In this document: in pieces, positions 17,421 through 24,958 of the stretch
Layout: each line of letters begins with the position of its first letter
Numbering within the stretch: position 1 is the stretch's first letter
Assembly: GCA_003560095.1 (NCBI GenBank)
Contig: PWJI01000010.1
Location: forward strand, 1-50,678
Length of the DNA: 50,678 nt
Reading direction: 5' to 3'
Source of the DNA: Candidatus Nealsonbacteria bacterium
Lineage (GTDB): Bacteria > Patescibacteriota > Minisyncoccia > Minisyncoccales > PWPS01
The notes under the pieces: model-generated
The model's input: the letters and a program-made list of their open reading frames with translations, nothing else
What the model was told of the DNA's origin: nothing
The model's database searches: none
Program-made: the position numbers and the translations under genes

Positions 17421-19046
17421 TTACCCTCCAAACAGATTTTTCATCATTTCATCCCACCTATTATCAATAGAGGCTCCTATATTTATAAGATCATTACACC
17501 TTTCTTTAAAAATTTTAACATTTTCTTTTGCCCGAAAATTTTCATTAACACCTTTAATCGCCAAATCAAATTCTTCCAGCGCATTTTTACATTTTTTTTC
17601 ATGCATAAAGTAAAGCCCTCTTTTAAAATGATTATAATAATCTCCCTTACTTTCCTGAGAAAAAATGTCACTCATTTCTTTAAATAGATTAATTGGAATG
17701 GCACGAGAAAACGAATCTCCCGTCATCCCTTCCATCTCGGGTGTTCCTACTGAAAGTATTGCAATGACCTCTCCGGCTTCATTGATAATAGGGCTTCCAC
17801 TAGATCCCGGAGAAGCTTTTGCATCTGTTTCAATATAATCAAACTGCCCCTTTGGCTCTGTTTTTAGGGCAGTAATAACTCCGGAAGTAAAAGAAGGTCT
17901 CAAATAACTTCTTCCAATTCTTATGCTTGGAAAAATGTTTGCCTTTTTGAAATTTCCTCTCATGAAATTATGCCTTGTGTCCATTATTCCGCTAGTCGCA
18001 GGAAATCCAAAATTATAAATAGAGCCCCCTATCCTTGCCGAGCTTGAATCACCCAAATAAGCAGCTGGGAGATTTTCTTCTTCTATCTTTATAAGAGCCA
18101 CATCTTTGTAATTGTAAAACCACTCTAAGTCAAATTCTAAAATTTCAAAAGGAAAACCCTCTTGTGTTAATTCATTTATCCTTTCGCTTTCAGAGGAAGG
18201 ATTAAAAACTATTCCCTTTTCTTGAACATCAAAGCTCATTACGTTTAAAATCCCTTCTATAGAAGCCCTCATCATGTTTGCAGCTTCTTGAAAGTCAGCT
18301 TCTTGAAATACCTCCTCCACTCTTTTCTCAACTCTCTGAGCCTCCTCATGTCTTCCCTCCCAAATAAGGTTAATTTGCTCTTCCATTATCGCAGAAGCAA
18401 AAATTTGAAGTGCCAGAGACTTCTTAATATAATCACTATTTACAACATGAGCATTTGTTAAAATAAGTCCATGAGGATCAACAACAAAACCGGTTCCTTC
18501 CCAATAAATTTCCTCAAGCGGAAGAACACTGGTCTCTCCGGTAAAAGATCTAGTCACGTGAAAATTTTCTAAATTTATATTAAAGGGTTCAATTTCAACA
18601 TTTCCACTAATAGCATAGCCAATTTTAACAACCGAGGGCTCAATAATTCCGGCAACCTCTGATCTACTCAACTGAAAATTGGCAAAATCTCTTTCGGTTA
18701 TTTCTTTTGATAAAGGAGTGCGAAAATAAAAAAATAAAAAAGCAAACACTCCTCCAAAAAATAAAAATGTCCCCAAAAAAACATATTTTAATTTGCTTTT
18801 TAAGGGAGCTTTAATATTTCCCGAAAAAGGTTTTAGAAGAGAATAAGGATTGCTTTCTTCTTTTTTGTCTTGAATTATTTCATCAAGAATCTCTCCTTCT
18901 TTTAGCCCTCTTTTTTCTAAGATATTAAAAAAAGATAGCTTTTTAGGATTTTTGTTTTTTATTATTCTTACTATTTCCTCATCGCTTACGCCTCTTTCCC
19001 TTGCCTTTAAAATTGCCTCAGCAATATTTTTTTTATTTTTACTCAT
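17421..19046 (-). CDS. type II membrane trypsin-like (S1C/HtrA-like) serine protease with the shared N-terminal cytoplasmic module
   Basis: GTGFVVDPHGLILTNAHVV carries the His, KDVALIKI the Asp and GSSGSPIINEAGEVIAILS the Ser. The TM lies around aa 88-108. The N-terminus is IAEAILKARERGVSDEEIVRII..KEGEILDEII. A TPR-like helix pair sits at the C-terminus. Confidence 0.75.
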   Translation of the reverse strand: MSKNKKNIAEAILKARERGVSDEEIVRIIKNKNPKKLSFFNILEKRGLKEGEILDEIIQDKKEESNPYSLLKPFSGNIKAPLKSKLKYVFLGTFLFFGGVFAFLFFYFRTPLSKEITERDFANFQLSRSEVAGIIEPSVVKIGYAISGNVEIEPFNINLENFHVTRSFTGETSVLPLEEIYWEGTGFVVDPHGLILTNAHVVNSDYIKKSLALQIFASAIMEEQINLIWEGRHEEAQRVEKRVEEVFQEADFQEAANMMRASIEGILNVMSFDVQEKGIVFNPSSESERINELTQEGFPFEILEFDLEWFYNYKDVALIKIEEENLPAAYLGDSSSARIGGSIYNFGFPATSGIMDTRHNFMRGNFKKANIFPSIRIGRSYLRPSFTSGVITALKTEPKGQFDYIETDAKASPGSSGSPIINEAGEVIAILSVGTPEMEGMTGDSFSRAIPINLFKEMSDIFSQESKGDYYNHFKRGLYFMHEKKCKNALEEFDLAIKGVNENFRAKENVKIFKERCNDLINIGASIDNRWDEMMKNLFGG

Positions 19047-19052
19047 AGAGCC

Positions 19053-20294
19053 CTAACCCTTAATACATCTAACAGAAAGACCGCTTTCTAAAATAAGCGG
19101 TATCCTTTTTATCTCCGGATAACCGGAATAAAGCATCCTTACGAAAGCAGAAGATTCTTTTTTAGTAGACGTCCAAAAACCTGTTCCAATATCAATTCCA
19201 TTAAATTCTCCGCTGGGCTCTCTTCCCCCGGCAGGCAGAGCAGAAAAGTTACTTATATCACTACCATCCCACTCTTCTGACTTTATTTTTTCACCTTCAT
19301 TTGAACCTCTCCACTTAATTTCGTTTGCTTGTGTTAAGCTCATTCCAAGAGCTCTTTCCATTTCCCTAAACTCTTCATCGGTTGGTAATCTCCATCCCCT
19401 AGGACAAACATCTACGGCATCATTGTAATTATATAGTCGCCCATAAGAATCACAATTTTCTTCTTGATTTTCATAACACCAACTTTCATCCGTTTCATAA
19501 TTCAAATTTTCTGCCATCCAGCAATACCGTCCAATTTGTACAATATCATATCTTAAATTATTTCTATGATCGGTATGCGTACTAAGTCCTTCACAAGGAT
19601 TACCATTTGCAAAAGGCAATTCTTCCTCACCTTCCTCTTCTTCTTGAGTGTCTTCTTCGTCTTCTGTGCTCTCTTGTGGTATATCATGACACATTCCGTC
19701 ATACCAATAAAAACCATTTTCTAAGCACTCTTCTTCATTTTCAATGTTTTCAAGAGAAATATCGTTGTCTTGCTGATCCTCTTCCTCTCCTTCTTCCTCT
19801 TGTTGCGGAGTTTCATAACACATTCCGTTATACCAATAAAAACCATTTTCTAAGCACTCTTCTTCATTTTCAATATTTTCAAGAGAAATATCTTCCTCTT
19901 TCTGTGGATCCTCATGACACATTCCGTCATACCAATAAAACCTTTTTTGTGCACACTCTTCTCGAGTCTCAATAGTGCTTGGATCATCGTCTCTGTCTTC
20001 TCCTACTTCTTCATGACACATTCCGTCATACCAATAAAAGTTTCTTTCTATACACTCTTCCTCGTTTCTAATTTCTTGTGCGTCAATATCCGGCAAAGGG
20101 TCGTAATGACATTTATTCTCATACCAATAAAACCCCTCTTCTTCACAGCGCTCCTTGTTTTTAATATTTTCAGGTATGGCATCTCTTCCATTTTCAAAAG
20201 AAGAATCCTCTCTTCCCGTAAAAAGCATTATAATTATCCCAAAAAAGAGTAGAAAAAAGCCTATACCTATAATTATTATTGTTTTTTTACTCAT
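19053..20294 (-). CDS. anchored surface protein: five C-x3-G-F-Y-W-Y-x3-C repeats plus a C-terminal Fib_succ_major domain
   Basis: The repeats are CEEEGFYWYENKC, CIERNFYWYDGMC, CAQKRFYWYDGMC, CLENGFYWYNGMC and CLENGFYWYDGMC. The C-terminus (19056-19559) has GRYCWMAENLNY, YGRLYNYNDA, CPRGWRLPTDEEF, FSALPAGG, GFWTST and SVRCIKG. Confidence 0.75.
   Translation of the reverse strand: MSKKTIIIIGIGFFLLFFGIIIMLFTGREDSSFENGRDAIPENIKNKERCEEEGFYWYENKCHYDPLPDIDAQEIRNEEECIERNFYWYDGMCHEEVGEDRDDDPSTIETREECAQKRFYWYDGMCHEDPQKEEDISLENIENEEECLENGFYWYNGMCYETPQQEEEGEEEDQQDNDISLENIENEEECLENGFYWYDGMCHDIPQESTEDEEDTQEEEEGEEELPFANGNPCEGLSTHTDHRNNLRYDIVQIGRYCWMAENLNYETDESWCYENQEENCDSYGRLYNYNDAVDVCPRGWRLPTDEEFREMERALGMSLTQANEIKWRGSNEGEKIKSEEWDGSDISNFSALPAGGREPSGEFNGIDIGTGFWTSTKKESSAFVRMLYSGYPEIKRIPLILESGLSVRCIKG
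19685..20147 (-). repeat. in-frame tandem coding repeats (period about 105-130 nt) encoding the Cys-hairpin motif
   Basis: 19685-19764 and 19814-19893 are 80-nt copies differing at 4 positions by my alignment. More diverged copies start near 19912, 20021 and 20105; all contain ATACCAATAAAA (the reverse complement encodes FYWY). Confidence 0.8.
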
Positions 20295-20344
20295 ATATTA
20301 AACTTTTATAATTTCAAAAAAGCGCTTCCCTTACAATATCACAA

Positions 20345-20386
20345 AATAAAAATAATAAAAACAAAAGCCTCGCAAAAAGCGAGGCT
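20345..20386 (-). terminator. Rho-independent terminator after the 20411..21100 gene
   Basis: AGCCTCGC (20366-20373), loop AAAAA, GCGAGGCT (20379-20386). The minus-strand stem is followed by a T-rich run (TTTTGTTTTTATTATTTTTATTTT). Confidence 0.65.
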
Positions 20387-20410
20387 AATACATTCTTAAA
20401 ATAAGCAAAA

Positions 20411-21100
20411 CTACTCAATTATTTCTTCTTCTGATAAAACTTCTAGTGGAAAATCGTCTTCTGTAATTTCAATAAATTCAATTTCTTCGGGAATTTTAAA
20501 TAACTCTTGATTGGGCTCTTTTTCAAAACAACGAAAATCAGGCTCTTTTGTAATTTCTTCAATAAGTCCTTCTTTGCTTCTTGGGGGCACAGGAGCATTT
20601 CCAATTTCAAACTTTATTGACTCCTCTTCGTAAATATTTTCCTCATCCCACATATACACGGTTTCTCCTTTTATAACAAGATAAAATTCTTCATAAGTCA
20701 TCGCCATATTTCCGGAAGAAAAATGTATTTCTATCTCTTCTCCACTAAAATAGTCCCTAAAAGAACATACTGTTGATCCATCCCCTAAAAAAGCATCGCG
20801 AATATTTTCTTTGACATCATCAACTTGAGGTGCTCTTTTTTCTTCAATCTCATAAATCCTGGAAGCTATCTTTTCAATTTCAAAACTAACCTCCTTTAGT
20901 CCCTTCATTACTTCTTCGTATTCTTCTATACTATCTTCTCCATACTCAGCCACAACCTCTTTAAGGCCCGCAACAACATGATCAAGATTTTCTACTCTTT
21001 CTTTCATTTCCTCTACAGAGTAACCAAAAGAAAACAAAGGAACTCCCAAAAAAACAATAAAAACAATAAAATAAAATGCTTTTCTTTTAATTATATTCAT
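20411..21100 (-). CDS. secreted or anchored acidic protein, unknown function
   Basis: 229 aa with an N-terminal hydrophobic signal/anchor (AFYFIVFIVFLGVPLFSFG). A helical N-half is followed by a beta-rich C-half. Confidence 0.4.
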   Translation of the reverse strand: MNIIKRKAFYFIVFIVFLGVPLFSFGYSVEEMKERVENLDHVVAGLKEVVAEYGEDSIEEYEEVMKGLKEVSFEIEKIASRIYEIEEKRAPQVDDVKENIRDAFLGDGSTVCSFRDYFSGEEIEIHFSSGNMAMTYEEFYLVIKGETVYMWDEENIYEEESIKFEIGNAPVPPRSKEGLIEEITKEPDFRCFEKEPNQELFKIPEEIEFIEITEDDFPLEVLSEEEIIE

Positions 21101-21159
21101 ATTTTAAAAATTATTTTATTTTGCCGACCTTTTTAATCTTTACAAAAATATTTCTTCTA

Positions 21160-22572
21160 TTAATGTTTATTTTCTTTAATATATTTTTCTACATTAAATT
21201 TCCCCTTGCTGCCATTGTAGCTCATATACCTTACTTTGCCAAATATCAATCTCTCTCCCCAAGCCCTGTCGTGAACACCCCCAATAGACCAAGCAATGCC
21301 CGTATAACCTCTTGAATCTCTTCCATCAAGCTCATATTTATCATTTAAGTATATTGCCGTTTTTATTGCTTCCTTTGGCGACTTACTCCACTCAAGAATT
21401 TTTTTCGCCCAATACATGCGCATATAACCATGCATTTTTCCTTTTTTTACCATTTCCATTTGTGCTGCATTCCATAATTCATCATGGGTTTCTCCATTTT
21501 CAAATTCTTTTCCTGAATAAAGATATTCTCTTTTATCTTTTTTGTGTTTAGTTAAACTATCTTTCGCCCACCGAGGAAAACCATCAAAAGAATCATAATG
21601 ATCATTATAAAAACAATAATTATCAGAAAGTTCTTTTCTGATTATTAGTTCTTCCAAAAAATCTTTACAGTTTTCTTTTTTCTTTCTTTTTACCAAAAAA
21701 GCAACCCTTTGAGCAGATATTTGCCCAAAATGCAAATAAGGAGAGAGATTTGACTGAGCTTCTTTGTTGGGGTCATTTCTTTCTTTGCTGTAATTTTTAA
21801 TTTTTTTGTTTAAAAAATTACTAAGTATTTTTTTTGCCTCTGTTTCTCCCGGCTTTATCCATTTCACGGGTGTCACGGAAAAATCAACGCTCAATGATTT
21901 GTATGCTTTTTCCCAATCTATTTTTTCATTTTGAAAATTATTCTTTCTCTGTTTCTTTAATTTTGGAAAATCAGTTAAAAATTCCGGAAGCATTTTAGTT
22001 ATTTTAGGCCTAATGGTGTAGGCTGCATACTCTTTTTTTGAAGATGCTTCTCTGCAAGGAACAATATTATGTGCATCAACTTCAAAAAAAGAACATTTTG
22101 CTTTTTTTGCCATTTCCTCTCTCCATTCTCTTTTTATTTTTAGGGGGTCAAAATCAGATACTATAATTCCGGGAGAAAATTTGTTCAAGAAAAAATTCGC
22201 TTTTTCTATTGGGCTTCCTAAAAACAAAAAAAACGGAATATTTAATTCCTTTAATTTGCTCTCAACCTCTTTTAATCCTTTTATCATAAAATCATACTGA
22301 CGAAAACTGGCATCGGCAAAAAAGGGCGAGAGAAAAAAAACAACAGCCAAATCTTTTTTTTCTGATATTGCTAACTGCTGTGCATAAATTAAAGCCCAAT
22401 TATCATCAACTCTTTGGTCCCTGCTCATCCAATAAAAAACAGGTCCTTCCTTAAAATTTTCTTTATTTAAAGAGTGGATTCTTTTTTCATTAACGCTGTT
22501 TGTTTTTTTCTTTTCAGTATCTTGTTTTTTGATTTTTTCTTTATTCGATATTTTCATTAACGTAATGACCAA
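21160..22572 (-). CDS. phr: deoxyribodipyrimidine photolyase, class II
   Basis: PVFYWMSRDQRVDDNWALIYAQ and the C-terminal GIAWSIGGVHDRAWGERLIFGKVRYMSYNG are hallmark class II CPD-photolyase motifs. The 5' end overlaps the upstream gene by 32 nt, so a later Met may be the start. Confidence 0.9.
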   Translation of the reverse strand: MVITLMKISNKEKIKKQDTEKKKTNSVNEKRIHSLNKENFKEGPVFYWMSRDQRVDDNWALIYAQQLAISEKKDLAVVFFLSPFFADASFRQYDFMIKGLKEVESKLKELNIPFFLFLGSPIEKANFFLNKFSPGIIVSDFDPLKIKREWREEMAKKAKCSFFEVDAHNIVPCREASSKKEYAAYTIRPKITKMLPEFLTDFPKLKKQRKNNFQNEKIDWEKAYKSLSVDFSVTPVKWIKPGETEAKKILSNFLNKKIKNYSKERNDPNKEAQSNLSPYLHFGQISAQRVAFLVKRKKKENCKDFLEELIIRKELSDNYCFYNDHYDSFDGFPRWAKDSLTKHKKDKREYLYSGKEFENGETHDELWNAAQMEMVKKGKMHGYMRMYWAKKILEWSKSPKEAIKTAIYLNDKYELDGRDSRGYTGIAWSIGGVHDRAWGERLIFGKVRYMSYNGSKGKFNVEKYIKENKH

Positions 22573-23653
22573 TTATTCCCAAAACCCTTCCCCATGTAAA
22601 AAAACTTTCTTCTTTTTCTTCATCTTCTCCTGCTTTTTTATCTTCTTCTGTTTTCTTCTCTTCTTCTATTTTTTTATCTACGCTTCTTTTTTCAAGATCT
22701 CTAAGATACTCTATAGAGGTTAAATTGGAATTTTTCATTTTTTCCGCATGCTCTTTGCCAACAAAACGCCAATGCCAAGGTTCATATATATATCCGGTTA
22801 TTTCTTTTTTGTCTTTTGGATAGCTCAAAACAAAACCGTATTTATGAGCATTTTTTTTCAACCATTTTTTTTCGGGAGTATTTCCAAAACTTATTGGAAC
22901 CGGACGAAAACTCACCGACTCTCCTGTTAAATCAACAGCTGTTCCTAGCTGATGCTCGGAATGACCAGGTCTGGCAGAAAAATCTTTCGCCTTGTTTCCT
23001 CTAAGCTCAATATAACTACGATGAATAATATCTTGAAGCTCATTTCTTCTAAATCCACTGGTAACCGCCAAAACGATACCCTCTTCTTTTGCATCTTCAA
23101 ACATTTCCTCAAGACTCATCGCAGCTTCTTTGGTAAGACACATATGTCTTATTGTTTTAACCCTATCTGTTATATCAACCAAATCTTTAGGAACATAATC
23201 TTTTGGCAATCCAATGTCTTTTCCTATTGGAGCAAGCTTTTTGCTGGAATATTCACCCGAAGAAGAAGGGCAAAGATTTGAATAATAAACCTCGTTTATT
23301 TTTTTTCTTGTTTTAGAATCTACCATTCCGGTAGGAGTAAGATCATTTTCTTCTTGCCATTTATACACAGCCCTACTTGTTTCTTCTCCATAATAGCCGG
23401 TAATTAAGTTATGTGAAAAATCATTATCTTCAACATTGGCTAAAAAATACTGCAAAAGTCTAACCTCAACACCCACACTTCCCCTATTCATTGCTTTAGT
23501 TAAGCCACCGTTTATTCTCCACTGATTAATTGTACTTATTTCTATCTCAACCAAAGAGGCAAGCAAGTGACGCTCACTTCTTTCTTTTAAAGCAAAAAAA
23601 ACTCCCATAAAAATCATTACTATTATAAATAATTTTAAAAAATTTTTTTTCAT
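22541..23653 (-). CDS. PG_binding_1 domain plus D-Ala-D-Ala carboxypeptidase (VanY / peptidase M15B), with a K/E-rich tail
   Basis: The PG-binding motif is GSVGVEVRLLQYFL..GYYGEETSRAVYKWQEENDLTPTGMVD. The M15B motifs are SGFRRNELQ, PGHSEHQLGTAVDL and YEPWHWRFVG. Confidence 0.8.
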   Translation of the reverse strand: MKKNFLKLFIIVMIFMGVFFALKERSERHLLASLVEIEISTINQWRINGGLTKAMNRGSVGVEVRLLQYFLANVEDNDFSHNLITGYYGEETSRAVYKWQEENDLTPTGMVDSKTRKKINEVYYSNLCPSSSGEYSSKKLAPIGKDIGLPKDYVPKDLVDITDRVKTIRHMCLTKEAAMSLEEMFEDAKEEGIVLAVTSGFRRNELQDIIHRSYIELRGNKAKDFSARPGHSEHQLGTAVDLTGESVSFRPVPISFGNTPEKKWLKKNAHKYGFVLSYPKDKKEITGYIYEPWHWRFVGKEHAEKMKNSNLTSIEYLRDLEKRSVDKKIEEEKKTEEDKKAGEDEEKEESFFTWGRVLGIIGHYVNENIE

Positions 23654-23750
23654 CTCTTTAAAGAATTAGCTTCCCTTATATTACTATAATTTTTATAAAA
23701 CAAAAAGAATTTACACTACATTAATTCCTGAAAATGCTTTTTATTTCATT

Positions 23751-23785
23751 TTGACTTTGAAAATAAATAATAAATGTATTATAAT
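23751..23785 (+). promoter_or_regulatory. possible promoter of hup (TTGACT ... TATAAT, non-canonical spacing)
   Basis: TTGACT lies at 23751-23756. TGTATTATAAT at 23775-23785 contains TATAAT at 23780-23785. The 23-nt spacing is too long for a canonical sigma-70 promoter, so only the -10 part is credible. Confidence 0.3.
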
Positions 23786-23833
23786 ACCTCCAAAGGTCGA
23801 TTTCTAACGTAATAAATTATTTTATATATTATT

Positions 23834-24106
23834 ATGAGTAAACAAGATCTTGTTGAAGCATTGGTTAAGAAAACTAAAGTTTCTAAAAACCAAGCCAACG
23901 AAATGTTAAATAGTGTCTTGGAAGAAATCACCAAGTCCATGAAAAAAGGTAAAGATGTAACTCTTACCGGATTTGGAACTTTCTCTGTTGTTAAGAGAAA
24001 GGCAAGACAAGGTGTTAATCCTAAGACAGGAGAAAAAATTAAAATTGCTGCCACAAAAGCTCCTAAGTTTAAGGCAGGCAAAAAATTAAAAGAAGCGGTA
24101 AAATAG
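23834..24106 (+). CDS. hup: DNA-binding protein HU
   Basis: 90 aa, MSKQDLVEALVKKTKVSKNQANEMLNSVLEEI..LTGFGTFSVVKRKARQGVNPKTGEKIKIAATKAPKFKAGKKLKEAV. This is the canonical HU/IHF fold sequence. Confidence 0.95.
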   Translation: MSKQDLVEALVKKTKVSKNQANEMLNSVLEEITKSMKKGKDVTLTGFGTFSVVKRKARQGVNPKTGEKIKIAATKAPKFKAGKKLKEAVK

Positions 24107-24126
24107 TTCCGCTTTTTGTAATTTAA

Positions 24127-24160
24127 AACCCCCTCCTTAAAAAGGAGGGGGTTTGTTTTT
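24127..24160. terminator. bidirectional Rho-independent terminator between hup and the nif3-like gene
   Basis: CCCCCTCCTT (24129-24138) / AAGGAGGGGG (24142-24151), flanked by an A-run upstream and TTTGTTTTT downstream. Confidence 0.75.
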
Positions 24161-24167
24161 GCAATAA

Positions 24168-24917
24168 TTAAAGTCCGGTAGGAGCGTCAATAAAAACCGT
24201 TTCTATATTAAACTCTTTCCTTAAAACCTCACTTACCGCCTTAACTCCTACTGTTTCACTAGCATAGTGACCGGCAAAAATAACATTTATTTTTGCATCT
24301 TTTACTACTTCCGTTATGTCAGATGGATCTCCCGTAATAAAAAGATCAACCTCTTTTTCAATTGCCCCAAAAACACCATGAGGAGCTCCTCCGCTAATTA
24401 CTCCTATTTTTTTAACTTTTCTTTTCCCATAATCTAATAAAATGCATTTTGTACTAAACTTTTCTTCTATTCTTTGCTTGATTTCCTCTATTGATGTTTC
24501 TCTGCATTCACCAATCCACCCAATATTTTTTTCTTTATTTTCCATTGGTTTTTTTGGTTGGGCTTTTAAAAATTTTAATATTTGCGCATTGTTTCCAACA
24601 GTAAGATGTCTATCCAATGGAAGATGGCAAGCATATAAAGATATCTTATTTTCCAATAAAAATTTTACTCTATCTTTTTTCCATCCTTTTAGAGAGGGGT
24701 TGGCTTTCTTCCAAAAAAGACCGTGATGCACAATAATCATATCGGCATTTTCTTTTTTTGCCGCCTTAAAAACATCCATTCCCGCAGTCACGCTAAAAGC
24801 AATCCTACTTACTTCTTTTTCTCCCTCAACCTGCAACCCGTTCCATGAATCATCATCAATTTCCTCTATTTCTAAATATTCATTTAAATAATCAACTATT
24901 TTATTTAATTTTGGCAT
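24168..24917 (-). CDS. Nif3-like dinuclear metal-centre protein (YbgI / GTP cyclohydrolase 1 type 2 family)
   Basis: 249 aa. Motifs are DSWNGLQVEG, MIIVHHGLFW, LYACHLPLD and IFAGHYASE. Confidence 0.85.
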   Translation of the reverse strand: MPKLNKIVDYLNEYLEIEEIDDDSWNGLQVEGEKEVSRIAFSVTAGMDVFKAAKKENADMIIVHHGLFWKKANPSLKGWKKDRVKFLLENKISLYACHLPLDRHLTVGNNAQILKFLKAQPKKPMENKEKNIGWIGECRETSIEEIKQRIEEKFSTKCILLDYGKRKVKKIGVISGGAPHGVFGAIEKEVDLFITGDPSDITEVVKDAKINVIFAGHYASETVGVKAVSEVLRKEFNIETVFIDAPTGL

Positions 24918-24958
24918 ACTATTGTTATAAATTTTTTCACTATTATAATTGATTTTCG

